From: Nitrospirota bacterium
GTDB lineage: Bacteria; Nitrospirota; UBA9217
Length of the DNA stretch: 16,554 nucleotides
Assembly (NCBI GenBank): GCA_963749655.1
Contig: CAVVOB010000010.1
Span: 1 to 16,554 of the forward strand
Reading direction: 5' to 3'
Shown here in pieces: positions 1 to 8,319 of this stretch (position 1 is the stretch's first letter; the number at the start of each line of letters is the position of its first letter). Below the pieces are notes generated by a model that was not told the origin of the DNA, searched no databases, and saw only the letters and a program-made list of their open reading frames with translations. Both the position numbers and the translations under genes were made by a program.

Positions 1-24
1 GTGGCCTCGACTCAGCGTATTGCT
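1..24 (+). other. Probable Oxford Nanopore ligation-adapter remnant (technical sequence)
   Basis: 12-24 TCAG-CGTATTGCT matches the recalled ONT adapter end ...TTCAGTTACGTATTGCT, with 9 nt exact. It stops where PNPase homology starts (acg ggc cgc gtg = TGRV). The translated VASTQRIA does not resemble the expected PNPase ...PP(F/Y)xxGE. Confidence 0.7.
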
Positions 25-996
25 ACGGGCCGCGTGGGCACCCCCAAGCGCCGCGAGATCGGCCACGGGCGCCTCGCCAAGCGCGCGCTCCTCGCCGTGC
101 TGCCGTCGAAGGAGGAGTTCGGCTACACGCTGCGCGTCGTCTCCGAGATCACGGAATCGAACGGCTCGTCGTCGATGGCTTCGGTTTGCGGCGGCTGCCT
201 CTCGCTCATGGATGCCGGGGTTCCCCTCAAGGGCCACGTGGCCGGGATCGCGATGGGCCTCATCAAGGAGGGCACGCGCTTCGCGGTGCTCACCGACATC
301 CTCGGCGACGAGGACCACCTGGGCGACATGGACTTCAAGGTGGCCGGCACCGATCGCGGCGTCACGGCGCTGCAGATGGACATCAAGATCAACGGCATCA
401 CCAAGGAGATCATGAAGGTCGCGCTCGACCAGGCGAAGGAAGGGCGCATGCACATCCTCGGCATCATGAAGCAGGCGGTGCCCGGCCCGCGCGAGGATCT
501 GTCGAGCTACGCGCCGCGCGTCATGAAGATGAAGATCAACCCGGACAAGATCCGCGAGGTGATCGGCAAGGGCGGCAGCGTCATCCAGGCGCTCACGCGC
601 GAGACCGGCACCACGATCGACATCGAGGACGACGGCACCATCTCCGTCGCCTGCCTCTCGCAGGAAGCGGGACAGGCGGCGATGGACCGCATCCGCCAGA
701 TCACGGCGGAGGTGGAGGTGGGCAAGGTGTACGAGGGGCCGGTGCTGCGGCTCCTCGACTTCGGCGCGATCGTGCAGCTGCTGCCGGGCAAGGACGGCCT
801 GCTCCACATCTCGCAGATCGCCCACGAGCGTGTGAACGCCGTCTCCGACTACCTCAAGGAAGGCCAGGTGGTGAAGGTCAAGGTGCTCGAGGCCGACGAC
901 AAGGGCCGCGTGAGACTCTCGCGCAAGGCGCTGCTCGAGCCGCCGAAGAAGGAGGAATCGCCCCCGTCGGCTCCCGCCGAGTCGGCGCAGCACTGA
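25..996 (+). CDS. pnp: Polyribonucleotide nucleotidyltransferase (PNPase), 5'-truncated
   Basis: [28 protein letters not shown] and [20 protein letters not shown] (second RNase PH domain), KH domain (IREVIGKGG) and S1 domain ([21 protein letters not shown]). TGA at 994-996. Third codon positions are almost all G/C. Confidence 0.98.
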   Translation, partial: TGRVGTPKRREIGHGRLAKRALLAVLPSKEEFGYTLRVVSEITESNGSSSMASVCGGCLSLMDAGVPLKGHVAGIAMGLIKEGTRFAVLTDILGDEDHLGDMDFKVAGTDRGVTALQMDIKINGITKEIMKVALDQAKEGRMHILGIMKQAVPGPREDLSSYAPRVMKMKINPDKIREVIGKGGSVIQALTRETGTTIDIEDDGTISVACLSQEAGQAAMDRIRQITAEVEVGKVYEGPVLRLLDFGAIVQLLPGKDGLLHISQIAHERVNAVSDYLKEGQVVKVKVLEADDKGRVRLSRKALLEPPKKEESPPSAPAESAQH

Positions 997-1034
997 GGGC
1001 GGCGATATAATCCCCGTTCGCGTTGATGCGCGAC

Positions 1035-3764
1035 AAAGGGAGTGACGGTATAGCTCAGCGCGCCCTGCGCATTGAACACCTTGACCACGCCAGCCGATTT
1101 CCCTTTGGTTCTTTCCTTACCCGATTCGCCTCCGACACCGGCGATGATATCAGCGATGCCGTCTCCGTCGAGATCCGCTGCAGCCAGACTGGAGCCGTAT
1201 TTCGCGTTGCTGAAGGCCGTAATGGAACTCAGGAGCTGCCCGTCTTCCGCCCTTATGATGCTGATGGAAGCGCCCTGACGATCGTATCCAGCACTGGCTA
1301 TGATCTCGTCTTTTCCGTCGTCGTTAACATCTCCCGCTGCCACCGAGGCGCCGCCCTTACCCGACAGCGTGATGTCCCTTATCGCAGCTGCAGTCCAGCT
1401 GCCCAGGCCCTTCGAGGTGTCGATCTTCCAGATGGTTACGACAGCCGGGTTGTCTTCGTCGAATCCCGTGGCAGTGAGCAGCTCGGGTTTCTGGTCTCCC
1501 TCGGTGTCGCCGGCAGCCACATTCGCGCCGAACATCGAGGCGGATGCCGTGATATCAACTCCCGTGGGAACCATCTTGTTTGAAGTCTGGTCATAAGCAT
1601 AAATCCTGACCATTGCGGGATTCTGCGCTCCGCCGGCCGGAGCGACGATCACTTCCGCCTTTCCGTCCCCATCGAAGTCCGCAACCGCCACGTTTACTCC
1701 ATATTGTGTATTGAAAGGAGTAAATTCCAGCAGCTTGCTCTTGTCCGCGCGGTAGATGCGCACCAGGGCGCTGTTGTCCTCGCCCGCGCCGGCTCCGACG
1801 ATCAGTTCAGCGACCCCGTCGCCGTCGACATCGCCGACTGCGGAGTTTGCTCCGTACCGGCTCTTTAAAGCCGTGAATTCGAAGGCCGTTGCATTGCCGT
1901 CGTTCTTGTAGGCCTTTACCCGGGCCGTATTATTCGAAGCAGGGCCCTTGGCGACCACGATGTTTCTCCTGGCGGCGATGTCTTTATAGGAAACATAAAC
2001 GCCGTCGAAGGTTATCTCACCGCCTTCGGAAAGTTTCTTCGTCTGAGGCAGCGGCCGCTGATATCCTGCCACGCGATTGAAGGTGATGGTGTAGTCCCCG
2101 GTGCCTGCGCTGTCCGTGCTCCAGGTCGAACCGCTGCCCGAATAGGCCGTCGTGCCGCCGGAAGAGATCGAGTAGCTTGCATTGGCTATGTTGGCTTTGA
2201 CATTGATCTTGTTGGTGCTGCTGACGGTCAGATCGACCCTGATCTTGGAAGTCCCGTCCCCGCCCAAAGCCCCTGTGGCTACAAAAGCAAGGTATCCGGT
2301 GTACGTTCCCGGAGCAAGACTATCGGCATTCACGGAGATAAGTGAAGAGGTTGTCGCGTTGCCCGAAGAAGGCGCCATGCTGAGCCAGCTCGATGAGGCT
2401 GCGTCGGTTGCAGCTGTCCAGGGAAGCGATGTCGCATTCGAGACACTGACGGTTACGGACTGGGGGGAAACGACCGTCCCCTTCTTTGCCGAGAAGGTCA
2501 GCCACTGGTTGCTCAGACCGAGGGTCGGAGGATCCTGCACCGTAAGCGTGACCGGAACTGAATCGGTCTGCCCGGAATCCGCTGTAACCGTGATAGTGCC
2601 GGTAAATGTACCTGCCGACAGGGGAGCGATGTTCACACTGACAGGAAGGTTTGCTGAAGCAGCCGGGCCGGTGGAACCAGTGGTCTGGCCCGGAATGAGC
2701 CATGCCTGGTTGGACGCTGCGGACCAGCCCAGAGTGCCGCTGCCGCTGTTTGCAACCGTAATCGACTGCGCTGCCGGGTTGGCGCCGTACTTGGTGCCGG
2801 AAAAGCTCAACAGCGACGGTGCGGAATCCATGGTAACAAAACCGTCCAGTGCGTACAGATCGATGCTTTTGCCCACATAGGAGGCCACATAAACGATGTT
2901 GTTTTTTCCGATCGCCACACCCTGGGGCTGCAACAGGGCATGGCTGCTGTCATACAGCGCCGCGGACGCGTCCGTGGACAGGCCGCTTGAAGGATCGAAC
3001 AGCTGAACAACTCCCATGTTGGAATCGGCAATATAGAGCATTCCGCTCTTGTCGAGAGAGAATCCGGAGGGGGCGATCATTTTACCTGCATCGCCGCCGT
3101 ACTCGCCGAAGGAGCGGAGGTACTTACCGGTCTTGTCGAAAACCTGGACCCTCGGGACGTAGGTTTGTGCGCCCGTTGAAGTTGCCGTGATCGGCCGGTC
3201 AGAAACATAAATTTCACCGGCGCTGTCTTTTACCGCGATTGCGACCGGTTTGTTGAGAAGTCCGCTGTCGCTGCCGGTCCCGCCAAAGGACAGAGCGGAC
3301 TGACCAGCGGAATCGAAGACCTTGACCGTATTATCGATCCCGTCAACGATATAAACCCTGTCGGCGCCGTCTATAGCAATAGAAAGGGGCTTGGAAAACT
3401 CGCCCAGGCCTTTGCCCAGACTGCGCACGAACGCCAGGTCTTTGCTGTAGACCGAGACAATGCCCTTGCTCTGGCCGCTGGAGGACCCGACGTACACGCG
3501 GTTCCCGGAATCAACGGCCACGCTGAGCGCGCCCGGCACTGAAAGAGACTTCAGGAGCTGGTCCTTACTGTTGAATACGAGGACCATACCGCGGGAGTAA
3601 TCCGCAACATAGAGGTTCCCCTGGGAGTCAAGAGAGACGCCCACCGGCCCCTGGATATTGTCCGTTACGGACCTAAGCCGCGCAGGAGCTGCATTCGCAA
3701 CGCCCGCCGCCATACCCACCAGGACCAGAATCGCAATGATTGCTGTACACAGTCGCTGCCTCAT
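1035..3764 (-). CDS. Large secreted protein: signal peptide, six NHL repeats, two BACON-like Ig domains, small beta domain, FG-GAP/VCBS-like repeats. 3' end truncated at the junction
   Basis: ATG at 3764 follows SD GGAGGTG and opens a signal peptide (MRQR...ANA|A). Six NHL-type blades, e.g. KPLSIAIDGADRVYIVD. BACON-like segments (NSGSGTLGWSAASNQAWL...GTFTGTITV). Five DxD/NxDG-type loops: GDVDGDG, ADFDGDG, GDTEGDQ, GDVNDDG, ADLDGDG. After YTVTPF the frame runs into antisense pnp. Confidence 0.85.
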
Positions 3765-3852
3765 ACTCACCTCCGAACCCCACGGATTCGCGCTCGTCGT
3801 TATTGGCTTCATAAATTGATTAGCTCCCCTTTGCTCTTTCTCAGCAGCCTTT

Positions 3853-4611
3853 CTATTTATCATGGCAAGTCATGCACATTGCGCTGTTGGCATTCGACAT
3901 TCTGAGGAACGGCGGATTAGTCGTATCATGCGGATCATGGCAGGTAGCGCACTCCATCCTGTCATTGACGCCGTCAAGCTTGAACAGCTTTACGGTGTTT
4001 GGGGGCCAGGTATTCGGCTCCTTGATGCCCCGCAGACCGGGCACCCAGGTAAATGAAACAGGATGGTCATTGCTGAGGTCCACTATACCGCTTGCCGGAG
4101 CACCCCAGTTGTAGCCGATGTTCGCGCCCTCGCCGCCAAGAAATGAAGGGAAGACATCGCCGATCTGATCTCTATTACTGAGCCCCGCGTAAGCGGTCCC
4201 GCCTCCCGGAGCGTTGATGATGTTTTGAATGGTCGTGACGCCGTCGTGGCAGCTCATGCACATAAGCGTGATCCCCTTGGGCGTCGGATCTATAGAGATC
4301 GCCGTCGACAGGGTCGGGCTGGAATATACTTTGTAATTGTAGGTAGAATTTGTTCTGTTCCAAAGGAAAGTATTTGTCAGGCGGCCTGAATCGCTCGAGG
4401 CGCGATGAGGAGTGTGGCAGAAAACGCAAACGTCGGTGATTTCCATGCCCGAATTCGTCGAATAGAAGTTGTCATTAAATTGTGTTATCGGGTTCGCCTG
4501 GAACCATGAAAAATCATGCTTACTTTCCCTGACTCCGGCGCTTGCATAACTCGCGATGAGCATTAGCATGCTAACTGCCATGCAGAGTATTGGCATAATT
4601 TTTCTTGTCAT
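3853..4611 (-). CDS. Secreted tetraheme c-type cytochrome, OmcE-like
   Basis: Sec signal ending ASA|G. Four CxxCH motifs (CVFCH, CMSCH, CATCH, CMTCH) and four extra His (SKHDF, CHTPH, NDHPV, CHDPH). Motif order KHD..CVFCHTPH..LWNR..CMSCHDG..ANxG..DLSNDHPVxF..ECxxCHxxH..PFLR..CxxCH matches G. sulfurreducens OmcE as recalled. SD GGAG upstream. Confidence 0.9.
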   Translation of the reverse strand: MTRKIMPILCMAVSMLMLIASYASAGVRESKHDFSWFQANPITQFNDNFYSTNSGMEITDVCVFCHTPHRASSDSGRLTNTFLWNRTNSTYNYKVYSSPTLSTAISIDPTPKGITLMCMSCHDGVTTIQNIINAPGGGTAYAGLSNRDQIGDVFPSFLGGEGANIGYNWGAPASGIVDLSNDHPVSFTWVPGLRGIKEPNTWPPNTVKLFKLDGVNDRMECATCHDPHDTTNPPFLRMSNANSAMCMTCHDK

Positions 4612-5182
4612 TTGGCTCTCCAGTGTAAATTTAGTAAAATCATACAGTTACAAGTAATACCTCTGTATCGAAACAATGGTCGTAGAAAATTCGACATATA
4701 TAATGCAATGAACATACCAATATTATTTATATTATTTTTTCAATGTGTTATTATTTTTAATACGGTCGAATTAATCAATAAAACACGCTCCATAGCGCGT
4801 TATCGCTCATGCAACTGTTGGGTTACAATCAAAGCACAAAACAAAAACTTACTTACGATTAGTAAAATAATTAGTTATTATTTAACAAACACATAACCTA
4901 TTTTTGAAAGCACCAAATCATTATTTTACGGTTAAGCCTGTTCGAATCTTTGATTACACTGACAGCGCAGGTTAGTCGTGAACATTCATCGCAGAAATCA
5001 TGGCAATGACGTCGAAGAAGACTCATAATATGCATGTCCGAATAAGAACGCTTCTGAAATGTTCCAATGTCGCCGCTTCATGCATCTTGCTGTGCCATTA
5101 GTACTTGTCTGATCACGACTAAGCCGTCTAACCCTTGCTTTATTCGCTGATTTCAATAGGCGAATTTACAGAGGATCATTCA
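4612..5182. promoter_or_regulatory. Long, largely AT-rich intergenic region upstream of the cytochrome unit
   Basis: Strongly AT-rich over 4612-4930, with no credible CDS. A 10-bp inverted repeat lies at 4972-4981 (TTAGTCGTGA) and 5113-5122 (TCACGACTAA). Confidence 0.55.
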
Positions 5183-5482
5183 TTACAATTTCAGGACAAC
5201 TTTGAAAAACCGGTTCATGATGAGCCCCGCAGCAGCGCCGAGCATGGCGCCGAACCCGGCCAGAAAAGACATGACAAAGACAAGAACGAGCATCACGGCA
5301 AAGGAGTTCTGTCCACAGCCGGGTCCGAACATCCTGGTGACGTCCTTTGCCGCTGCATCGCGCCAGGTGCCCTGGAACGTGTCGGAGAAGAACAGGTCCA
5401 TGGACAATGCGATCCCCAATGTTATGACAGCGCCTGCAACCGCGCCGATGATGACCGCTTTTTTGAGTCCCTTGTCGCTCAT
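5183..5482 (-). CDS. Small hypothetical membrane protein (two predicted TM helices)
   Basis: 99 aa with hydrophobic segments AVIIGAVAGAVITLGIAL and FAVMLVLVFVMSFLAGFGAMLGAAAGLI. Purine-rich GGAAAGAG lies before the ATG. Codon usage fits neighbouring genes. Confidence 0.8.
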   Translation of the reverse strand: MSDKGLKKAVIIGAVAGAVITLGIALSMDLFFSDTFQGTWRDAAAKDVTRMFGPGCGQNSFAVMLVLVFVMSFLAGFGAMLGAAAGLIMNRFFKVVLKL

Positions 5483-5622
5483 GCTCTTTCCACGATCAAT
5501 GCCCGAACCAGAAAAATCAGGATAGTATTAGATTTTTTTAGAATGATGATCCCGCAAGGAACCTCGGATCATACAAAACAGCACCCGATGTTTTACGATT
5601 AATCTGTGTACGTACAGGGAAA

Positions 5623-5716
5623 CGAAGCGAGATATCTGATGGTTCCCCTCAGTTGAAAGGCCCTGCGGGAACTTGCCCGGCAAGACCCTCAGTCGCTTCG
5701 CTCCTACGAAATGGTC
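5623..5716. repeat. Degenerate palindromic intergenic element with nested hairpin
   Basis: CGAAGCGA (5623-5630) pairs with TCGCTTCG (5693-5700). Inner stem GTTCCC (5642-5647) / GGGAAC (5667-5672). Confidence 0.55.
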
Positions 5717-5785
5717 TGAGAGGAAATTCGTGATGGCACATCATAAAACAGGAGGAGCGACAAGGCAGAAAGGATTATATATTAC

Positions 5786-5836
5786 TGCGGAGTTTGCGTC
5801 AATGCGAAAATATTCTCCATTCCGCAATCCGCAATC
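5786..5836. repeat. Imperfect palindrome with heptamer units at the 3' end of the glycosylase gene, possibly a terminator
   Basis: Left arm TGCGGAGTTTGCG...AATGCG. Right arm ATTCCGC-AATCCGC-AATC. It abuts the reconstructed stop codon at 5835-5837. Confidence 0.5.
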
Positions 5837-6493
5837 ACTTCAAGATTCTCCCCTGTCTTGCGCGACCAGAGCAGGAGATCGAGCTGGTCCATGTCGATCC
5901 CGATCTCGCCGGAGAATTGCCGGAGCTTCCGCTCGATCGCGAGGTAACGAGCGCGCGTCGTCGGGGGGCGCATCCGCTTACTAATCACACCCATCTCGCG
6001 CAGGCTGTTCAGGATGTGCTTGTCCAGGATGGCATAGCCGGGGAAACCGATGTTTCTGAGGAAATGGCTCGATTCCTTGTATCCCAGGCCCTTGATCCGC
6101 TTGTTTGCCGCGAAAAAATCGCGCCGGTCAATCGGGTTTTCGAATGATTCAAGGAGCGCTCGAAGCTTCATCCCGCACACGTCGTTGAGATACTCCCTGG
6201 TTGCGAAGATATAAGACGGACGCAGGCGCCAGAACCGCACGCGGTAAGTGCGGGCCCGCAGCCTGCAGTTCTTTCTCTGTACCGCTCTGCAGGATGTCAC
6301 GCAAAGCCGCAATGGTCCTCATGCCCATCTTTGCGCTGCTGCCGGCCGTAAGGATGCAGAAGCAGAGCTCCTCGAATATCGCCCGGTCGCCCTTTTCGTA
6401 GACTTCCCTGAATTCGGCGAGGCGCCTGGAGATCAGCGGATTTTTCAGGCGATAGTCAGCCTTCAGCTCACTGATGGAGTCTTTTCCAGGCAC
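5835..6493 (-). CDS. ogg: N-glycosylase/DNA lyase (Thermotoga/archaeal-type 8-oxoguanine DNA glycosylase) with two single-base frameshifts
   Basis: The N-terminal half (FEELCFCILTAGSSA) is in ORF 6149-6493. The C-terminal half (IKGLGYKESSHFLRNIG, AILDKHIL, YLAIE, LDLLLW) is in ORF 5782-6312. Removing one base near 6262 and one near 5846 gives a single ORF ending KTGEILK-TGA. Confidence 0.88.
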
Positions 6494-6839
6494 TGTAGCC
6501 GCCCTTCAGGTTGTAGAGGTTCTTGTAGCCCATGCCCAACAGCCGCTTGATGGCCCAGATGCTGCGGTTGCCGTTCTGGCAGAAGACCACGATCTCCCGG
6601 TCCTTCTTGAGTTTCTTGATCTTGTCGCCGAGGTCGGTCAGCGGGATATGAACGGCTCCGGGGATGTGCCCCTGCTCATACTCCTTGTTCGTGCGCACGT
6701 CGAGCAGCACCATCCCCTTCTTTTCATCCACCTCCTTGGGAGAGAGCTGCTTGATGCCGAGCCTGCTCAGGTATCCCAGGAATTTAAAAATCAGGTAAAG
6801 CGCCGCCAAGCTGATCAGAATTGTTGATGCTGTATCCAA
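6468..6839 (-). CDS. Membrane-anchored rhodanese-domain protein
   Basis: N-terminal TM helix, LLDVRT..EY..GHIPGA, catalytic loop FCQNGNRS and NLKGG..AW. SD AAGGAGG sits 9 nt before TTG 6839. The ORF-track start at 6848 directly abuts the SD. Confidence 0.92.
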   Translation of the reverse strand: MDTASTILISLAALYLIFKFLGYLSRLGIKQLSPKEVDEKKGMVLLDVRTNKEYEQGHIPGAVHIPLTDLGDKIKKLKKDREIVVFCQNGNRSIWAIKRLLGMGYKNLYNLKGGYSAWKRLHQ

Positions 6840-7001
6840 GTCGAACAACCTCCTTAAATTGTTAACAGCCGGAATTACTGCCTGCTGTGGTGAGCCGGGA
6901 GCTTATCATAAATTCAATCATCGTGCAAAATAAATTCCTGCGACGGGAGGATGCATACGCCGATCGCCTTGCCTCCCCGGCCCCGACAAGCTGAAATCGT
7001 A

Positions 7002-7077
7002 TTGACAGGATAACAGGATTTACAGGATCAAAAGAGTGTGTTGATTTTATCACGACGTTATCCGCTTATCCTGTCAA
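7002..7077. repeat. Palindrome with 9-nt tandem units
   Basis: TTGACAGGATAA (7002-7013) pairs perfectly with TTATCCTGTCAA (7066-7077). Left arm is ACAGGATAA/CAGGATTT/ACAGGAT. Confidence 0.75.
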
Positions 7078-7103
7078 ATAACCAGCACAGGAACCTAAAA
7101 TTT

Positions 7104-7134
7104 CCTTCGCGCTCCTCGCGTCTTCGCGGCAAAT
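7104..7134. repeat. Short tandem-unit tract, an apparently unpaired arm of the same element style
   Basis: CTTCGCG-CT-CCTCGCG-T-CTTCGCG-GC. No clear partner arm nearby. Confidence 0.45.
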
Positions 7135-7194
7135 TTGCTTATCTTTTTAAAAAAATTTCATCTGAAACAGACCGTGCTCTCCCCCATTACGAAA

Positions 7195-8157
7195 TTACGA
7201 ATCCTCAGCCACCTGGCCCCATTTCAGATGGGCCTTCATGAAATAGGGCAGACCGACTCCCAGGTTGAACAGGAATATGACCCCGACATAGGCAAAAGAA
7301 AGAGCGAGGGCATGCTCCTTGGAAAGCCCAAAGGGAGAAAGGGCGAGCCAGAACGCCACCTGGATAACGCCCAACGCACCCGGCGTCGAAGGGATCAAGA
7401 AACCCAGATTGGTAAAAAGAAAGAGAATGAGCGCTGCCTGGTATTTCAGGGTTGCTCCTGAATCGTGAATAAGCGCAAAGATGGAGCAATAATTACAGAT
7501 CCATACGAGCATTGTCGTGCCGAGAATCGACAGAAGATTCCGGGGCTCGCGCAGTTGCTGCAAGGGAGCAAGGAAGTGCACTATCATTTCCAGCAGCCGT
7601 TCAGGAACGATGGTAAGACGATGTTTGTTCCGCTCCAACCGTTCCAGGTTCAGGACCAGAAGGGTCGTCAGGACGATACAGATCACCCAGGCGACCAGGA
7701 CGAGCTCCGCTGTGCCGAAGGTCAGGCCGCGGATCCCGAAATAAATGCACAGAATCAGCAGAAGCCCCAGGGAAAAAACATCGAAGACCCGTTCGATAAA
7801 TATCGTCGACAAGGCAGAAGATCTTCGGACCCCGGTCATGGATGAAAGATACTGGGCGCGGAACAGTTCTCCTGCGCGGAACGGCAGGAGCGTGTTGACC
7901 ATGTACCCGACAACCACTCCGCCGAACAGCGTGGATACGGGAATGCGCCTGAGCTTCTTCGTGGTGATACGCCACGTCAGGGACCTGGCAAGATCGCTGA
8001 GGCACATGAAGAGCATGCAGAACAGAAGCGAGGCGGCGCTGATGTTTTTAAATGACTGCAGGACCGCGCTGAAGTCGACCTTGTAAAACGAAATGGTCAG
8101 CAAGGCGAGGCTGAGACCCATCCCGGTGGTTATGCCGAGTATTTTTTTCATTTTCAT
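7195..8157 (-). CDS. Lysylphosphatidylglycerol synthase TM-region / flippase-like membrane protein (UPF0104-like)
   Basis: Multi-TM protein with GYMVNTLLPFRAGELFR, STIFIERVFD and IPSTPGALGV. The start is placed at MKMKK (8157), which follows GAGG. Confidence 0.9.
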   Translation of the reverse strand: MKMKKILGITTGMGLSLALLTISFYKVDFSAVLQSFKNISAASLLFCMLFMCLSDLARSLTWRITTKKLRRIPVSTLFGGVVVGYMVNTLLPFRAGELFRAQYLSSMTGVRRSSALSTIFIERVFDVFSLGLLLILCIYFGIRGLTFGTAELVLVAWVICIVLTTLLVLNLERLERNKHRLTIVPERLLEMIVHFLAPLQQLREPRNLLSILGTTMLVWICNYCSIFALIHDSGATLKYQAALILFLFTNLGFLIPSTPGALGVIQVAFWLALSPFGLSKEHALALSFAYVGVIFLFNLGVGLPYFMKAHLKWGQVAEDS

Positions 8158-8319
8158 TGCCACATCCTCATGCCGCGATATACGCAGGAATCCTCTGTAC
8201 ATGCGGCCTGATAATGAAGAAGCCGCAGAGGTGCAGGATTTGGAAGATACTGTCATGCTATACTCGATTGCTTGCTGCTTTTCCCCGGCCACCGGCCCCA
8301 GGCCCCCCGGGCCCCTTCT

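Noticed and set aside
849-1034. C-terminal extension of the 1004-aa ORF overlapping pnp, as a real overlapping gene
   Set aside because: It is mostly antisense read-through of pnp after the junction and breaks the FG-GAP repeat pattern.
3765-3863. N-terminal 33 codons of the 1004-aa ORF
   Set aside because: They overlap the cytochrome stop. The strong SD and signal peptide point to ATG 3764.
4612-4896. 94-aa plus-strand ORF
   Set aside because: AT-rich with codon usage unlike the neighbours, no SD and no motifs. It directly abuts the cytochrome start.
5081-5097. Sigma54-like TGGCAC...ATGCA on the minus strand facing the cytochrome
   Set aside because: The GG-to-GC spacing is 11 nt rather than the required 10, and it is about 470 nt from the start. 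Worth revisiting only if polishing removes a base.
4931-5132. Integron attC site (GTTAAGC, GTCTAAC)
   Set aside because: The core sites are in the wrong order and there is no integrase or cassette array.
5618-5672. Hammerhead ribozyme or cobalamin riboswitch
   Set aside because: CTGATGG does not match the CUGANGA core, the stems are not arranged correctly, and no B12-box is visible.
6862-7053. 63-aa ORF containing FDPVNPVILS
   Set aside because: It is the translation of the 9-nt repeat palindrome, with no independent evidence of coding.
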